64,000 nt of DNA, taken from NCBI GenBank assembly GCA_951406725.2, contig OX597815.1, positions 195,424,001 to 195,488,000 of the forward strand, written 5' to 3'. The position numbers were made by a program, and so were the translations under genes. This document shows, piece by piece, positions 27,088 through 39,548 of the stretch. The notes under the pieces are model-generated. The model ran no database searches. It saw only the letters and a program-made list of their open reading frames with translations, and had not been told where the DNA came from. Position 1 is the stretch's first letter. Every line of letters starts with the position of its first letter. Origin of the DNA: Octopus vulgaris (Eukaryota).

Positions 27088-30000
27088 ATCAAATGCCTGT
27101 CCGAGATTGAAAAGTCGTTCACAAAAATACGTTGGAATTTAAATAGATACTATGACAACAACACTTGCGACAACAACAACAACGCGAAAAACACTAACCG
27201 CAGCAACAACAACACAAACAATAATGACCGCAACAATAACAACCGTAGCAACAAAAGCAACACGAACCCTAACAGCGGCAACAACAACAACAACAACACG
27301 AACCCTAACAGCGACAACAACAATAACAATAGAAAAAATGTATGCATAGACACAAACAATAGATACAAAAACAAAAACACAAACAGAGAGAGAAAAATCG
27401 TATACAACAGCAACAACAACAACAATTATAGGGAGAACCGACACACAAACACACACACAGATAGCCATAGTCACAAAAACACGAATAAAAGTTGTGTCAT
27501 AGGGGTCACGATGGAGAATAAAGTTGAATGCAACAGGATCCTTGGACAGGGAGTCAGCGGACTTGAAACAGATAACAATACTCATAGGAACAAAAATAAC
27601 GACCGCAACAGGGGGATTGACAGGGACCAACAGACAGACATAAAACCCAACACTAATATAAACAACACATATACCAGAAACAGGAACAATGAATATATCA
27701 CTAGCGATGATAGTAATAATGGCAATGGTAGGAATAAAGGTAATAACAATAATAGTGGTAGTAGTAGTGGTGATGGTAACAGTAGAAGTAGTAATGAGGA
27801 TAGTAGTGATAGTTGTGGTGGTAATAGGAATACTAGTAGTAGTAGTAGTAGTGGTAATGGTGATAATAATAATAGGAAGGCTGATGTTGGAAACAGTAAC
27901 GATAATGAAGATAACCCTAGAGAGACCATTGACATGTATACCCATCCCTTTGACACTCAATTCTTCAACGTATGCGACAAAACTTACTGCATGAACCGAA
28001 TTTATCCAACAACATTACCCTTCAACAAAAGGGTATACATCCCAAGACGTACTAATGACCACATGGAAGCACAGTTCACTATAGCTAGGACCAAACTTAG
28101 ACAGATTTTAGGTTTATACATTAAGAGACAGAGACAGAATAAGACAGATGCCCAACAACTAGGGATTAAACCTGCATGTGGCCTACAGAAGCTCATTCAG
28201 CGCACGAGGAACGGAGAGGTGATATGCCTTCCCACGGATAAGTCCGGCAGGATGTCAATAGACAGCTTACCGAACTACATCCAGGCAATGCAACCTCATA
28301 TCGCCAATACAAAAGTAACAACTGTACAGGCGCATGAGGAGAGAGAAAAGGTCCTCAATGCCCACATGATGATGTGGACAATTGTTCTGGGACCTCAGAA
28401 ACGTACTGCAAAGAATTTCCAAGCCTGGAACAATGATATCCCGGCACTGTATGGACTTCGCAAGGACCATAAAGGTTTTACTGACCCTATAGCAGGACCA
28501 CCAACAAGACCAGTCTGTGGAGCGAATATCGCTAGCAATTACAGAATCTCCTACTTCCTCTCAATGATCATACGCCCTATAATCAGGATGTCACCTGATG
28601 TATGTGACAGCACAGAAGATCTCCTAAGCAGGATCAGTGACTGTAACAAAACTTGTGACTTGACAGGATGTATAGTAGGTAGCATGGATGTGGTATCCCT
28701 ATACCCATCGATTGACGTAGATTTTGCAGTGGAGAAGTGCGTGGAGATGATCAACGAGAGCCAGGTGGAGTTCTGTAATGTCGACACAGAAGAACTGGGC
28801 CTCCTACTTAGACTGACATATAATAGTGAATACTTAGATAAACATAATCTTAGTAGTTTCTGCCCCAGTAGATGTTTAAGAGGTAGACCGCCTACAATTA
28901 CTTCTATGGCTAGGAAGACACATATAGAAAGATGGCGCGGATGGACCAGAGCCATACGGAGCCCCGCAAGTGTCCATCAGGTAAAGAAAATGATCGCACA
29001 TGCACTAGGAGCTAGTATAAGAGTTACCCTAAAAGGCCACACATTTAAATTTAATAATAAAATATATGCCCAGGACGAGGGGGCAGCCATCGGTGTTAGT
29101 ATCGCTGGTGATGTGGCCAACCTCTTCATGGTATGGTGGGACAGAAGGCTTAAAGAATGCCTACTGCAGAAATCCATACTCGTAAACATGTACTCTCGCT
29201 ATGTTGATGATATCAATATAGTAGTAAAGGCACCCCCACAAGAAAGTACTGTTGATATAGTAATAGAAACTAATACTATGGAGAGCATCCAGCAAATAGC
29301 TAACTCCATCCACCAGAGTATTAAGGTCACAATAGACTACCCCACTAAACACCCCAACCATAGACTACCAGTACTAGACACTGAACTCTGGCTAGAAATT
29401 GTGAAAAATAAAACCCAAATCCTTCATTCATACTATGCAAAACCTATGGCCTCAAAATACCTGATCCACCGGAACTCAGCCATTGCGGGCAATGCCAAAT
29501 TCAATATTTTGATGGCAGACCTCGTCAGAATAATGAGAAATGTGTCACGCATGTGCGAGCCTACAGAATTAAAGAGACACATACAGTATTTCATTCACCG
29601 CATGCAGTTCTCAGGTTACAGCCATAAAGAAAGGATCAGAGTATACAAAGGAGCCATGAAGAAATTTGATAATATATTATGTAATGATAGGAATGGGATT
29701 TGCCCACTCTATAGGAACAAGTCATGGAACACTATAGAAAGGACAAAAAAGAAAATAAGGAAGGCCAACTCTTGGTATGATAGCCATAAATACCAGAGTG
29801 TCATGTTCGTTGACACCACCCCTGGAGGTGAACTAGCGTACCGCTTTAGAAGGACCCTAGATAAACTTAAACTAAGAATTAAGGTTGTTGAAAAGCCAGG
29901 CAACCCTATCAGATCTATAATTGGTAGAACCTATCCTTTTAGTAGAACTCTCTGTACGGATAACTATTGCACTGTATGTAGATTTAGCCCACAAACGAAC

Positions 30001-30336
30001 TGTAAAGCCAGAAATGTGGTCTATAGTATAAGATGTATAGAGGGACGATGCAGTAACAAGACAGTAACATACGTAGGGGAAACTGCAAGAAGCATTGGTG
30101 AGCGGGTGAATGAACATTGGAGACAACTCAAGGAAGGTAAAAGCTCATCGATTCTGTACCAACACGCCGAACAAGAACACGGGGGATCAATCAATAACAT
30201 AGAGATTAAGATATTGTCCACACATAGAACAGATGCAACAATTAGACAAATTACAGAAGCTACACATATAATAGAAAATAAACCTAGCCTGAATAGAAAA
30301 CTAGAATGGAGCAATAGCGCACACCACAACATATGA
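27088..30336 (+). CDS. Penelope-like element polyprotein (RT + C-terminal GIY-YIG endonuclease), 5'-truncated at the inversion junction
   Basis: 941-aa ORF from ATG 27511; the frame stays stop-free back to 27088 ([16 protein letters not shown]...). Motifs: PTDKSGR (DKG-like), [24 protein letters not shown] (motif A), QDEGAAIG (B'), RYVDDI (C), LPVLD, YAKP, Cys linker CTDNYCTVC, endonuclease [15 protein letters not shown]...R..EH..H...H and E..HI...PSLN. Confidence 0.95.
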   Translation: MKCLSEIEKSFTKIRWNLNRYYDNNTCDNNNNAKNTNRSNNNTNNNDRNNNNRSNKSNTNPNSGNNNNNNTNPNSDNNNNNRKNVCIDTNNRYKNKNTNRERKIVYNSNNNNNYRENRHTNTHTDSHSHKNTNKSCVIGVTMENKVECNRILGQGVSGLETDNNTHRNKNNDRNRGIDRDQQTDIKPNTNINNTYTRNRNNEYITSDDSNNGNGRNKGNNNNSGSSSGDGNSRSSNEDSSDSCGGNRNTSSSSSSGNGDNNNRKADVGNSNDNEDNPRETIDMYTHPFDTQFFNVCDKTYCMNRIYPTTLPFNKRVYIPRRTNDHMEAQFTIARTKLRQILGLYIKRQRQNKTDAQQLGIKPACGLQKLIQRTRNGEVICLPTDKSGRMSIDSLPNYIQAMQPHIANTKVTTVQAHEEREKVLNAHMMMWTIVLGPQKRTAKNFQAWNNDIPALYGLRKDHKGFTDPIAGPPTRPVCGANIASNYRISYFLSMIIRPIIRMSPDVCDSTEDLLSRISDCNKTCDLTGCIVGSMDVVSLYPSIDVDFAVEKCVEMINESQVEFCNVDTEELGLLLRLTYNSEYLDKHNLSSFCPSRCLRGRPPTITSMARKTHIERWRGWTRAIRSPASVHQVKKMIAHALGASIRVTLKGHTFKFNNKIYAQDEGAAIGVSIAGDVANLFMVWWDRRLKECLLQKSILVNMYSRYVDDINIVVKAPPQESTVDIVIETNTMESIQQIANSIHQSIKVTIDYPTKHPNHRLPVLDTELWLEIVKNKTQILHSYYAKPMASKYLIHRNSAIAGNAKFNILMADLVRIMRNVSRMCEPTELKRHIQYFIHRMQFSGYSHKERIRVYKGAMKKFDNILCNDRNGICPLYRNKSWNTIERTKKKIRKANSWYDSHKYQSVMFVDTTPGGELAYRFRRTLDKLKLRIKVVEKPGNPIRSIIGRTYPFSRTLCTDNYCTVCRFSPQTNCKARNVVYSIRCIEGRCSNKTVTYVGETARSIGERVNEHWRQLKEGKSSSILYQHAEQEHGGSINNIEIKILSTHRTDATIRQITEATHIIENKPSLNRKLEWSNSAHHNI

Positions 30337-30454
30337 CAATAGTGGATCCTGCAAACATAATAAATACACAGGTAATTAAAGAAATAGAAATGAATATCTA
30401 TATATATGTATATGTGTATATGTATGTATATGTATATGTGTATATATGTGTGTA

Positions 30455-30495
<41 letters not shown>

Positions 30496-30852
30496 GTATG
30501 TATATATATGTATATGTATATTCTTTTTTTTTTTTTTTCTCGATTAGATTTATTATTATTATTACTAATATTGTTGTTATACATACATACAAGCATATGT
30601 AATGATAATAATGGGTGGATGTAAACACATGAATAAAATTAGAACAAAAGCAACAACAACAAAAACAAAATACAAATTACAAGAATGTATATAACCAGAA
30701 GATACAAATATTACAGGCATCCCCCCCACACACACTAAATAAACATAGACACACATAGAGATATAAGCATGCGCAAATGAAGACATACAATAGAAATACA
30801 AAATGGCTGACGGTTAGTAAGGAGAGACACAAGTAAGTGAGAAGAAAACAAA

Positions 30853-30897
30853 GGACCACTGATGCGGTCACAGGAGTGTGACGAAAGAACTTTGGCC
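30853..30897 (+). ncRNA. Variant minimal hammerhead ribozyme in the PLE pseudo-LTR
   Basis: GGACCA-CTGATGC-G-GTCACA(GGAG)TGTGAC-GAAA-GAAC-TT-TGGCC: perfect 6-bp stem II, GAAA, very short stem III, stem I CCA/TGG. The core deviates at A9. Confidence 0.6.
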
Positions 30898-31011
30898 GAA
30901 ATAAGATTAAGATTAATGTAAAAAATAAATATCACTGAAGCAAAATAACACCAAATATATAGTGCGTGTGTTTTTATTGGCTAAACTGGCAATATGACCA
31001 TTCCGAAATAT

Positions 31012-31049
<38 letters not shown>

Positions 31050-32287
31050 TTAATGCTTCACCAGTAAGTTACCAGGTACATACCACACCTTACCTTTCAT
31101 GTAATAATATGTACGTGTATTTGTACATATGTGCGCGTGTATCTGTAAGTGTCTGTATGTCTGTCTATGTCTATGTGTGTGTCTGTCTGTGTCTATGTGT
31201 GTGAGGTGCGTGTATTTATATTAAGGGATTTAGCATCACCTCTAACGGATACTATGTGGTTCATATTGAAACAGATCCAATCACGGTTCCGTGCACCAGC
31301 ATGAAACTACTTTCCAATTGTTATTTACTGATTATCAATGCGACAAATGTGTATTTAATCTTTTCGAAATATGTTTTGTAATACACATAGAAGATTGCCA
31401 ACAATCATGCCTTACAAACACACAACTTTGTATTTACGCAATTAAGCAAAATTTAATCTTGAAAGATTATATACTTGCAAATATACTTGCAACGAAGTAT
31501 GTTTAATAAGAGTATTATCTCATCTTTACACATGTTTCTGTATGCATTTGGTTTCCTTGAAGGAAAACCATTTTTCATTGGATACATGGAAATGATCATG
31601 CTAGCTTCTTTTAAGATGAAATAATCAATACCACCTGCACAATACGTATCGATATATGTTTCACAAAGTAAATGTCTTGTATGTATATTGGTTCATTGTT
31701 ACGTGGATAAAGTGGAATACCCACTAGAAATTGAGTAAATACAGGTATTCATTTGGCGAAAGTTTATTCAGTAATCAATGAGGAAATATTTTGTGGAACG
31801 TAAATTCTATTACTTCTAGATACCTAGTCTAATCCTTGCACTTAGATATAACAATATAGAGTGGTATAGAGAAGTTGTATGGAGAGAATAAATATAGTTT
31901 GCAAGAATTATTTTTGTTTACGATAAGTAAATGTGTACACTGACGGTGGTTGTTATAAAAGAAATAAATAATAGCCAATGAATAGATTGGTCGGAACATA
32001 AAAACGAAACACGATGATATAATATTATCATAGTATTCTGGGGGGATTACCAATATTTAAATACGAGTCAGCTGTCAGTTAAAGGAAAGTGAAAGTGATA
32101 AATTCAATTTTAGTTTTATAACGTGGTAAAAAATATACAATGATGTTTTCCTTATAAGAATGCAAAGAAGAAACCTGTAAATTTTGCAATAGATACAGAG
32201 TATTAAGAAGTTTCTCAGTGAGTATAACTATACATTATTTAAATTATTTACAATTGAGGGATATTTGTCCTCATCTTGTTTGTTGTT

Positions 32288-32334
32288 AACACAAGGATTC
32301 GGCTGATTATACGCTCCAGCCTTCATCAGGTGTC
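32288..32334 (-). ncRNA. Degenerate hammerhead in a tRNA-headed repeat
   Basis: Minus strand GACAC-CTGATGA-A-GGCTG(11 nt)CAGCC-GAATCCTT-GTGTT. Canonical CUGAUGA with stems I and II intact; GAAA reads GAAT in this copy. Confidence 0.6.
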
Positions 32335-32456
32335 TTGTAGAAATTTCGACCCTGGGTTCTTATTCCCAAGGTATGTTTCGAAGCTGTTGCTGTTTTTGTT
32401 GTTGTTGTTGTTTTTATTATTATTATTATTATTTTTATTCTTCTTATTATTATTAC

Positions 32457-32515
<59 letters not shown>

Positions 32516-32575
32516 TATTACTATTATTATTATTATTATTATTATTACTATTACTATTATTATTATTACTATTAC

Positions 32576-32614
<39 letters not shown>

Positions 32615-32709
32615 AGTCCCTGCCTGGAATCGAACTCGGAATATTGGGATTAGTAGCCATATACCTGCACCCTTAACCTCAATATTCCGAGTTCGATTCC
32701 AGGCAGTAA

Positions 32710-32796
<87 letters not shown>

Positions 32797-32802
32797 TAAC
32801 AA

Positions 32803-33270
32803 TAAAAGATGGGCTACAGCAAATATTCTGCTCAATACCACAGATTTGCTTGTCAGTTGTTTGACATTAACCAGTTGAGCATGTCCCTTAGTGGCTGACG
32901 ATATGTGCATCTCTGATCACGAGCAGAAGTAGTGGGGGAGCATCATAGCCATGTGTTGAGAGGGATTCTTTGGGGTTTGAATAGTTCACCTCTGGAAACA
33001 TGGGTGGTTCTTTCAACATCCTTAAAAGACCATTATTCAGGGACCGTTTGAGCGGGATGGGCTACTCAACCTGAAGAAAATTCTAACTGGGCCCCACCTG
33101 CAAGGTCATGTGCTGTTTATCTTGATATGAGATCACCATGTCGCGCACATATGGTTGTGATGCATGTGCCTAGTGTACCTTTATCAGACGGGTAGTCATG
33201 ATGGGTATATTGGGCTTCGTATATTTTACCCCAGTGTCACTTTGATGGCATGAACTGCTCTCTCACTCAA
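32803..33270 (+). mobile_element. (AAT)n-associated repeat, 5'-truncated copy
   Basis: GATGGGCTACAGCAAATATTCTGCTCAATACC...CTCTCTCACTC then (AAT)n; inserted within an AAT tract. Confidence 0.8.
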
Positions 33271-33810
33271 TAATGATAATAATAATAATAATAATAACAA
33301 CATCGAAAAATACCTTGGCAATGAAGAGAAATATCCGTCAATTGTAAATAATGTACATAATTCCTCATCTCTGAAATATAGAACTGTATTACTAGACATA
33401 ATTCGTTACATGGCAGCATGCTTACGAATGTTGCATAATATAGGTATCTTTTCTGACTTGCTCGAATTAACGGTAACATATGTACGGATTTATATTTTAC
33501 TGCTTTACAAAAGGAACGGAATGCTTGAAAGTTTAGGCACGTCACTTATAATATCTGAATTGAGACAGAATGGCTCTGATTGAACATATTTAGGAATTAG
33601 TGTGTTTTATAAACGATGAATTGGTGATATATGGAAACAAGATAGCTAAATAGGAACGGAGAGTATATAAAAAAAGTTAAAATCAGAATATAAACGGATA
33701 TAAAACAATAAGAATAGAAAACAAGAGTTTGAATAGAATTCATGTTATTAGGTTTAGAATATTAAGTTAGTGAACCTATTACTTAATGTCTTATCTGCAA
33801 TATATATATA

Positions 33811-34120
33811 GGAGCACTCCGTCGGTTACGACGATGAGCTGATACGATCAACGGAGCAGCCTGCTCGTGAAATTAACGTGCAAGTGGCTGAGCACACCAC
33901 AGACACGTGTAGCCCTAACGTAGTTGTCAGGGAGATGCAGCGTGACAGAGAGTGTATCAAGGTTGGCCCGCTTTGAAATACAGGTAGAACTCATTTTTGC
34001 CAGCTGAGTGAACTGGAGCAACGTGAAATAAAGTGTCTTGCTCAAGGACACAACGCGTCGCCGGGAATCGAACTCACGGTCTTACAATCGTGAGCCGAAT
34101 GCCCTAACCACTAAGCCACT
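33811..34120 (-). mobile_element. tRNA-derived SINE, head B + tail X
   Basis: Minus strand AGTGGCTTAGTGGTTAGGGCATTCGG...GAGTTCGATTCCC...GTGTCCTTGAGCAAGACACTT; tail shared with 10628-11008. Confidence 0.82.
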
Positions 34121-35674
34121 GATAAATATACTAATTGAACGACACCTTTTAATAAATGAGAATAGTCATATAATTGCAATAAGCTTACATAATTAAAATT
34201 CGTTTGCCGATTTTCGCTGCACTTCTGATTTCTTACTTGAAGTTAGAATTATCTAAAGAAGCATCTACAGAATTTTTAATTCTTGTGTCATAAATTGTGG
34301 AATCTTTGCACCATCCCCATTAATTTTAACGAAGATAACATTTTTGCTTTACGACAAATAAAGTTCAACAAACAAGTCCATATAAATCCATAATATAGCC
34401 TGACGGTTCATTGGTTGTTAGAAAGTCCTTCTGCGTTCTATATATGAATGAATTAGGTATTATTGCAACAGTTGTACTTTTAATTTATTTTCGTAGTTTT
34501 GAAAACCAGCCGAACTGTGTTATGTACACCATCGGTATGTAGAGTGATATTGTTGGCCCAACTGTAATGAAAGCACTCAAAGAAATGAGCATACACTGAC
34601 AAGCAGTGTTATCTATTGCATTTTGCATACGTGTAGGTTATTTTATGGATTTGTTTGCATCGATATTTATCACCCTTTCAAATATTATCATTATAGTATT
34701 TTCTCCTTTTCATTTCTATATTCTGGTTTTGTATATTTTAGCTGTATATAATTCGATAATTTCACCATTTATTACAATCAACTTACTGATGGTTAGAACT
34801 TATACTTAGGTCAGAAGGTTCAACTTATCGTGATATTCTTACATTTCTTATATCTCATTATGATATGTTTGCTTTACCAATTCCTGAGAGCGCGTTTATA
34901 GCAACCCATTTCGGTTGATACTCTGTGATATGGTATATATTGGACTGTACAAAAGAATGTTATCTTTCCCATCCTGATACGTGATTTTTTTTCTTCGTGA
35001 TGATTAGGCAGCCAGGAACGATGCTAATATATCATATATTTTGATTAATATTTTCCTTACAACCTCATATTATACACTTGGTGTAGTTTATATCGTTACA
35101 TGTACTCGATAGTTTCTGCTGGGAATGTATTTATCAAGCATCGAAATCAAAGCTTTGATTCATAACCATCGTAGCCCTCGCCAAATTGTTTCGTCGTCTG
35201 TTTACCCTGTCGTGTTCTCCAAGTACTGAGAAACTACCAACTTCCCTGGAACCATATTAGTATGCTATTTTCAAGGATAATCTTACTTTTATATAAATGT
35301 CTTTTTTTATATTTCAACCTCTGTTATTTTGTTTCATTTATATCTTCTGTGGCAGAACACTGGATGTAGACGTGTATTGTAGCAATTTGTATTAGTTTCA
35401 ATTGTTCGTTATTAATAGTTATGCAATAGATATTAAGTAATATTTTTATGATTTCATAAGATATCTACATTTTTGCATTAGTGGTAATGTTAATCGCTGT
35501 ATTTTATTTGACGTAGTGCATAGAAAGCAGTTGTTATTATTTACCAGTTTCTGCTTATCAATTCCTAACATTTACAACTAACAAAAACTTATGTTGAGAG
35601 AACAAGAATACTAATGCTTATTAATGTTTTCGTGTTTATTTCTGCTCGAAGTACTGATCTAATGTTGTTATTTG

Positions 35675-35968
35675 TTCCTTCTCGAGCCATGCCTGACTCA
35701 TAAGGGCCGGTTTTCCCGTTTCATTGACGCATAGGCTCACCACCTGAAGGGGACGCCAGTCAATCAAAGGCGAACTGGTAGCTGCAGGAGGAAAGAGTGA
35801 GAGAAAGTTGTGGCGAAAGAGTTAGTAGAAGTTCGCCATTACCTTCTGCCGGAGCAGCGTGGAGCTTAGGTGTTTCGCTCATAAACACACACATCGCCCA
35901 ATCTGAGGTTTGAACCCTCCCTCGACAGCGAGTCCGCTGCTCTAACCACTAGGCCTTGTGCCTCTACA
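35675..35968 (-). mobile_element. tRNA-derived SINE, head A + tail Y
   Basis: Head like 10628; tail GACTGGCGTCCC...GAAAC.GG...ATGAG.C.GGC, shared with 57474-57770. Confidence 0.75.
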
Positions 35969-37349
35969 CTGATCTAATGTCTGAATATTATTCGTTTCCA
36001 AACTTTGCTTCTATGTGCGCATGCATTAATTTTATATTTAAAGTACGTGATTTGTATAAGTATCATAAATCTTTTTCTCTATATAACACGCACTCGACGT
36101 TCTAAACTTTGCCTATTCAAATTTGTAATGGTTTATGCTTCTAAAAAGATTTTTTTATGGGAATATCATGCACAACATGTTACATTTCTTCTTTTTTATC
36201 ATCTTAATCGTACAGCATAAATGTGATCGTTTGCTTTGCATGGTTTATTACTCTTCCACAGCATGTTTATCTGAGATTATCACGTTCATTATAAGTGGTA
36301 CAGTTGATAGAATCTGAAAGGTGTGTCAGTATTTCATTAAAATAATAGTATTGTAATAAAACTGACATTTTAAATTCTTTCTCTCTCTCTCTCTTCTTTT
36401 CCATTTATTCATGACTCGTTAAATGTTATATCGTTTTTATGTTTTATGTGATATTTGTGGCCAGGGTTTCTAAGAACAACGTATAGTGAGCGGTGTGGAG
36501 AAATATTTCCTGGTAATGAATTCTTTATATGTTTACAGTTTCTCCTTTCCCAGTTCTGCCCCAATTAGGGTTATCTGGAACACCAACTCATGTGATCATT
36601 ATCATGGCGTGAGATTTTTCTTCTATTAATGTGTTGTTTCGCATATAATCGTAATCGTAGCGTTCCTGCCTTAGTTAGGACGTTGTACATTGTACTTTGG
36701 CAATATGTGTATTTATAATATATACAGCGCTTCGGTATTTTAGTTCTGGAAATACCGCTATTTCAGACAGCCAGTTGGCTGTTCTTTCTGGCACTTACAA
36801 AACATTAACTTTTCTTTTTCTCAGCATGCTTTGACTATATAATTTTTTATAAAATCACTTCTTTCTGTCAAACTTTTGTTCGTTCTGTTATTCGTATCAT
36901 TTCTATTCTACATTATGAGATATAGGTTTTTCCACTTTTCGGCAGATAGGAGAGCAGTGGCCTAGATATGCTTCAGAATTGAGAGAAACAGGTTTCCATA
37001 TTAGACTCCGGCAACGGTATCTCAGATGTCAAGTACTAAAATTATACAGGCTAATGTGGCATATCTATCACTAAAGATGGCAATATAATAGACCTGGAAC
37101 AAACGCCACAAGGCAATTAAAGTTGATGTTCATATATTCTCAGCAAGGCACTGTTCTGTAGTGGCATATTATGAAATTGTACCTCAGCAAGATTTGAGCT
37201 CTCGGCGCAGAGTCGGAAAAAATAACACGAAGTATTCTCTCTGCGGTTTTAACCGTTCTCTAAATTTACAACCAATTTTTTTAGTTTTCTTTCTTATAAG
37301 GAAGGTTGTTGTTCGACACAGACCCTATTTCTGACAATATTCGCACTCT

Positions 37350-38400
37350 CAAGGTTCATCTACTTTTCTCTTATTTATTTAATGCCCGCAAAGGGCCAAA
37401 TACAGAGGGAACAAACGAGGACAGACAAACGAATTAAGTCGATTACATCGACCCCAGTGCTTAACTAGTACTTATTTAATCGACCCCGAAAGGATGAAAG
37501 GCAAAGTCGACCTCGGCGGAATTTGAACTCTGAACGTAGCGACACACGAAATACCTATTTCTTTACTACCCACAAGGGCCTAAATACAGAGGGGACAAAC
37601 AAGGACAGACAGACGGATTAAGTGGATTATATCGACCCCAGTGCGTAAATCATACATATTTAATCGACCTCGAAAGGATGAAAGGCAAAGTCAACCTCGG
37701 CGGAATTTGAACTCAGAACGTAGCGGCAGACGAAATACCTATTTCTCTTTCGTTACTACCCACAAGGGGCTAAACACAGACAGGACAAATAAGGACAGAC
37801 AAACGGATTAAGTCGATTACATTGACCCCGGTGTGTAACTGGTATTTAATTTATCGACCCCGAAAGGATGAAAGGCAAAGTCGACCTTGCCGGAATTTGA
37901 ACTCAGAACCTAACAGCAGACGAGGTACCTATTTCTTTACTACCCACAAGGGTCTAAACACAGATGGGACAAACAAGGACAGACAAACGGATTAAGTGGA
38001 TTATATTATTTAATCGACCTCGAAAGGATAAAATACAAAGTCGACCTCGGCGGAATTTGAACTCAGAACGTAGCGGCAGACGCAATCCAGCTACGCATTT
38101 CGCCCGGCATGCTAACGTTTCTGCCAGCTCGACGCCTTTGCTTACAACACCTATGTTTCCCAAGCGGTCGCCCAACTAAGTACTAACTAGGCTCGACGTT
38201 GCTTAATTTCGGTGATCGGTGATCGGACGAGAGTCGTTGCTTTCGACGTGATATGGCCGTTTTTCGCGTGAAGCTTAGGTATTTCGCTCATAAACACACA
38301 CATCGCCCGGTCTGTGATTCGAAGACGCAATTCCCCGACCGCGTGTCCACTGCTCTAACCACTAGGCCATGTGCCTCCACAAGGTTCATCTACTTTTCTC
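37350..38400 (-). mobile_element. Chimeric retroposon: tRNA-SINE head + 5S rRNA + SINE tetramer, 21-bp TSD
   Basis: Identical CAAGGTTCATCTACTTTTCTC at 37350-37370 and 38380-38400. All three modules are on the minus strand, with an A-rich 3' end at 37371. Confidence 0.85.
38140..38260 (-). pseudogene. 5S rRNA retro-pseudogene
   Basis: Minus strand ACGGCCATATCACGTCGAAAGCAACGACTCTCGTCCGATCACC[GATCACC]GAAATTAAGCAACGTCGAGCCTAGTTAGTACTTAGTTGGGCGACCGCTTGGGAAACATAGGTGTTGTAAGC. This matches metazoan 5S from about nt 5 to the 3' end, with a 7-bp duplication. Confidence 0.9.
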
Positions 38401-39548
38401 GCTATATTAATTCCCATATTATTTTTAATCTCTTACTATTTATTAATTTGTAAGGTGATACACTGGAACTGTTTGTTTTGCTGAAAGAAACTTTACAATT
38501 GTTGTTATTTGGTGATATTCCCTTGTTTCTTGATTATTATTAGAGTTGTTGCCTTATTATTGTAGTATTTACAACCATTCTTTATTTCATTTGTGTTTTT
38601 TTTTTATATTGATTTCATTCAGGATTGCGAAATATTTTGACGATGCTTCAATGCGTTTTTATAATCTTGTTCGAGTAAATTTGAACGAGTAGGAATTTTT
38701 CTTTCAAATGAGTGCTGCTGTTGCACATGATGTAATCTTGATTATATTCATGTGTAGGCTTGTTTTCATTAACTCAACTACAGTAAGTGTTCAATCTTTA
38801 TTCATGTGCTGATTTTAACAGAAACATTATATTTAGAAATGGATCCGGTTGACCCTGAGAAAAATCATTCTATTGATTAAAATCTGTTGTACTTAATTTT
38901 AACTTTATAATCATATTCAGAATATCAATTTTAGAATTTTGTATTCTCATAACTCTCTCAGATTTATTACTTTTCCCGCTTTTATATAATGTTTCTCTTA
39001 TTTGCATATTATCGCTCACTGCTTTATAGATGCTTTAGATCTTGATGTGCTTATGTTTTATTATTTAGCTTTTCCATACACCTTGTTTTTCACATCAACG
39101 TTAACACTTACGTTATTCCCGTTTGTATGCACACTGTTTTTCGTAAAGTCCTCCTATTTTCGTGCGAAATACTTTATTCTGCATGTTTTGTATATATGTC
39201 TGAAAGCATAATCTTCCATTTTTTTTTTTTTAGATAAGATCTTACAGTATGTTTCGGTCAAAAATTATTTTTAAATATAGATGATTTATTCCAAGTATAA
39301 CATGTGTAGTTTGATAAAGTTTTCATATTTAGTTAGTGCAAAAATATATAATGTGCTTGTAGTTTATAATCATGTTCATCTTGTATCCATTTATAATTCC
39401 TAGGTTCTGTTTGCGTCTCTCAAGATAAGATCGTCATCATTGTTCACCTGTTTGGTTCCGGAGATTTATGGTTTTTCTATAAATTGTGCTTGCTTGGGAT
39501 TGTAATAGGTTCGCTTCGAATGTTTTATTTCAAAATCTATTACATAAA

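Larger units (their letters stand above)
25091..31018. mobile_element. Penelope-like retrotransposon insertion with an inverted 3' duplication, inserted in (TA)n
   Basis: 25146-27078 is the reverse complement of ~29089-31018. (TA)n tracts at ~25063-25090 and ~31016-31047 flank it. A 12-bp tandem duplication CGATACTAACAC (27063-27086) marks the junction. Confidence 0.92.
32230..33390. mobile_element. Head-to-head inverted pair of a tRNA-headed (AAT)n/hammerhead element, right arm interrupted by another repeat
   Basis: 27-bp perfect inverted repeat 32620-32646/32680-32706 containing the B-box GAGTTCGATTCC. It is flanked by complementary (ATT)n/(AAT)n tracts, and distal matches continue (CGAAA.ATACCTTGG, AAATATCC..TCAATTGTAAATAAT) at ~32240-32382 and ~33300-33355. 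Confidence 0.75.
34200..39540 (-). pseudogene. Highly decayed L1/Tx1-like LINE ORF2, interrupted by SINEs
   Basis: Ordered remnants on the minus strand: INxxxPN-like (~39460), NG..AE (~37250), WKPIS.NV..K (~36920), TGC..R...N (~36770), YTLFLETLA (~36470). Confidence 0.5.

Noticed and set aside
27139-27960. 273-aa hydrophobic minus-strand ORF resembling a membrane protein
   Set aside because: Antisense shadow of the Asn-rich region of the PLE ORF.
27088-30336. Naiad-type selenoprotein PLE or telomerase
   Set aside because: The endonuclease is C-terminal, there is no internal in-frame TGA, and a GIY-YIG domain excludes TERT.
38140-38260. Functional 5S rRNA gene
   Set aside because: Lacks the first nucleotides and an oligo-T terminator, has a 7-bp duplication and substitutions, and lies inside a TSD-flanked insertion.
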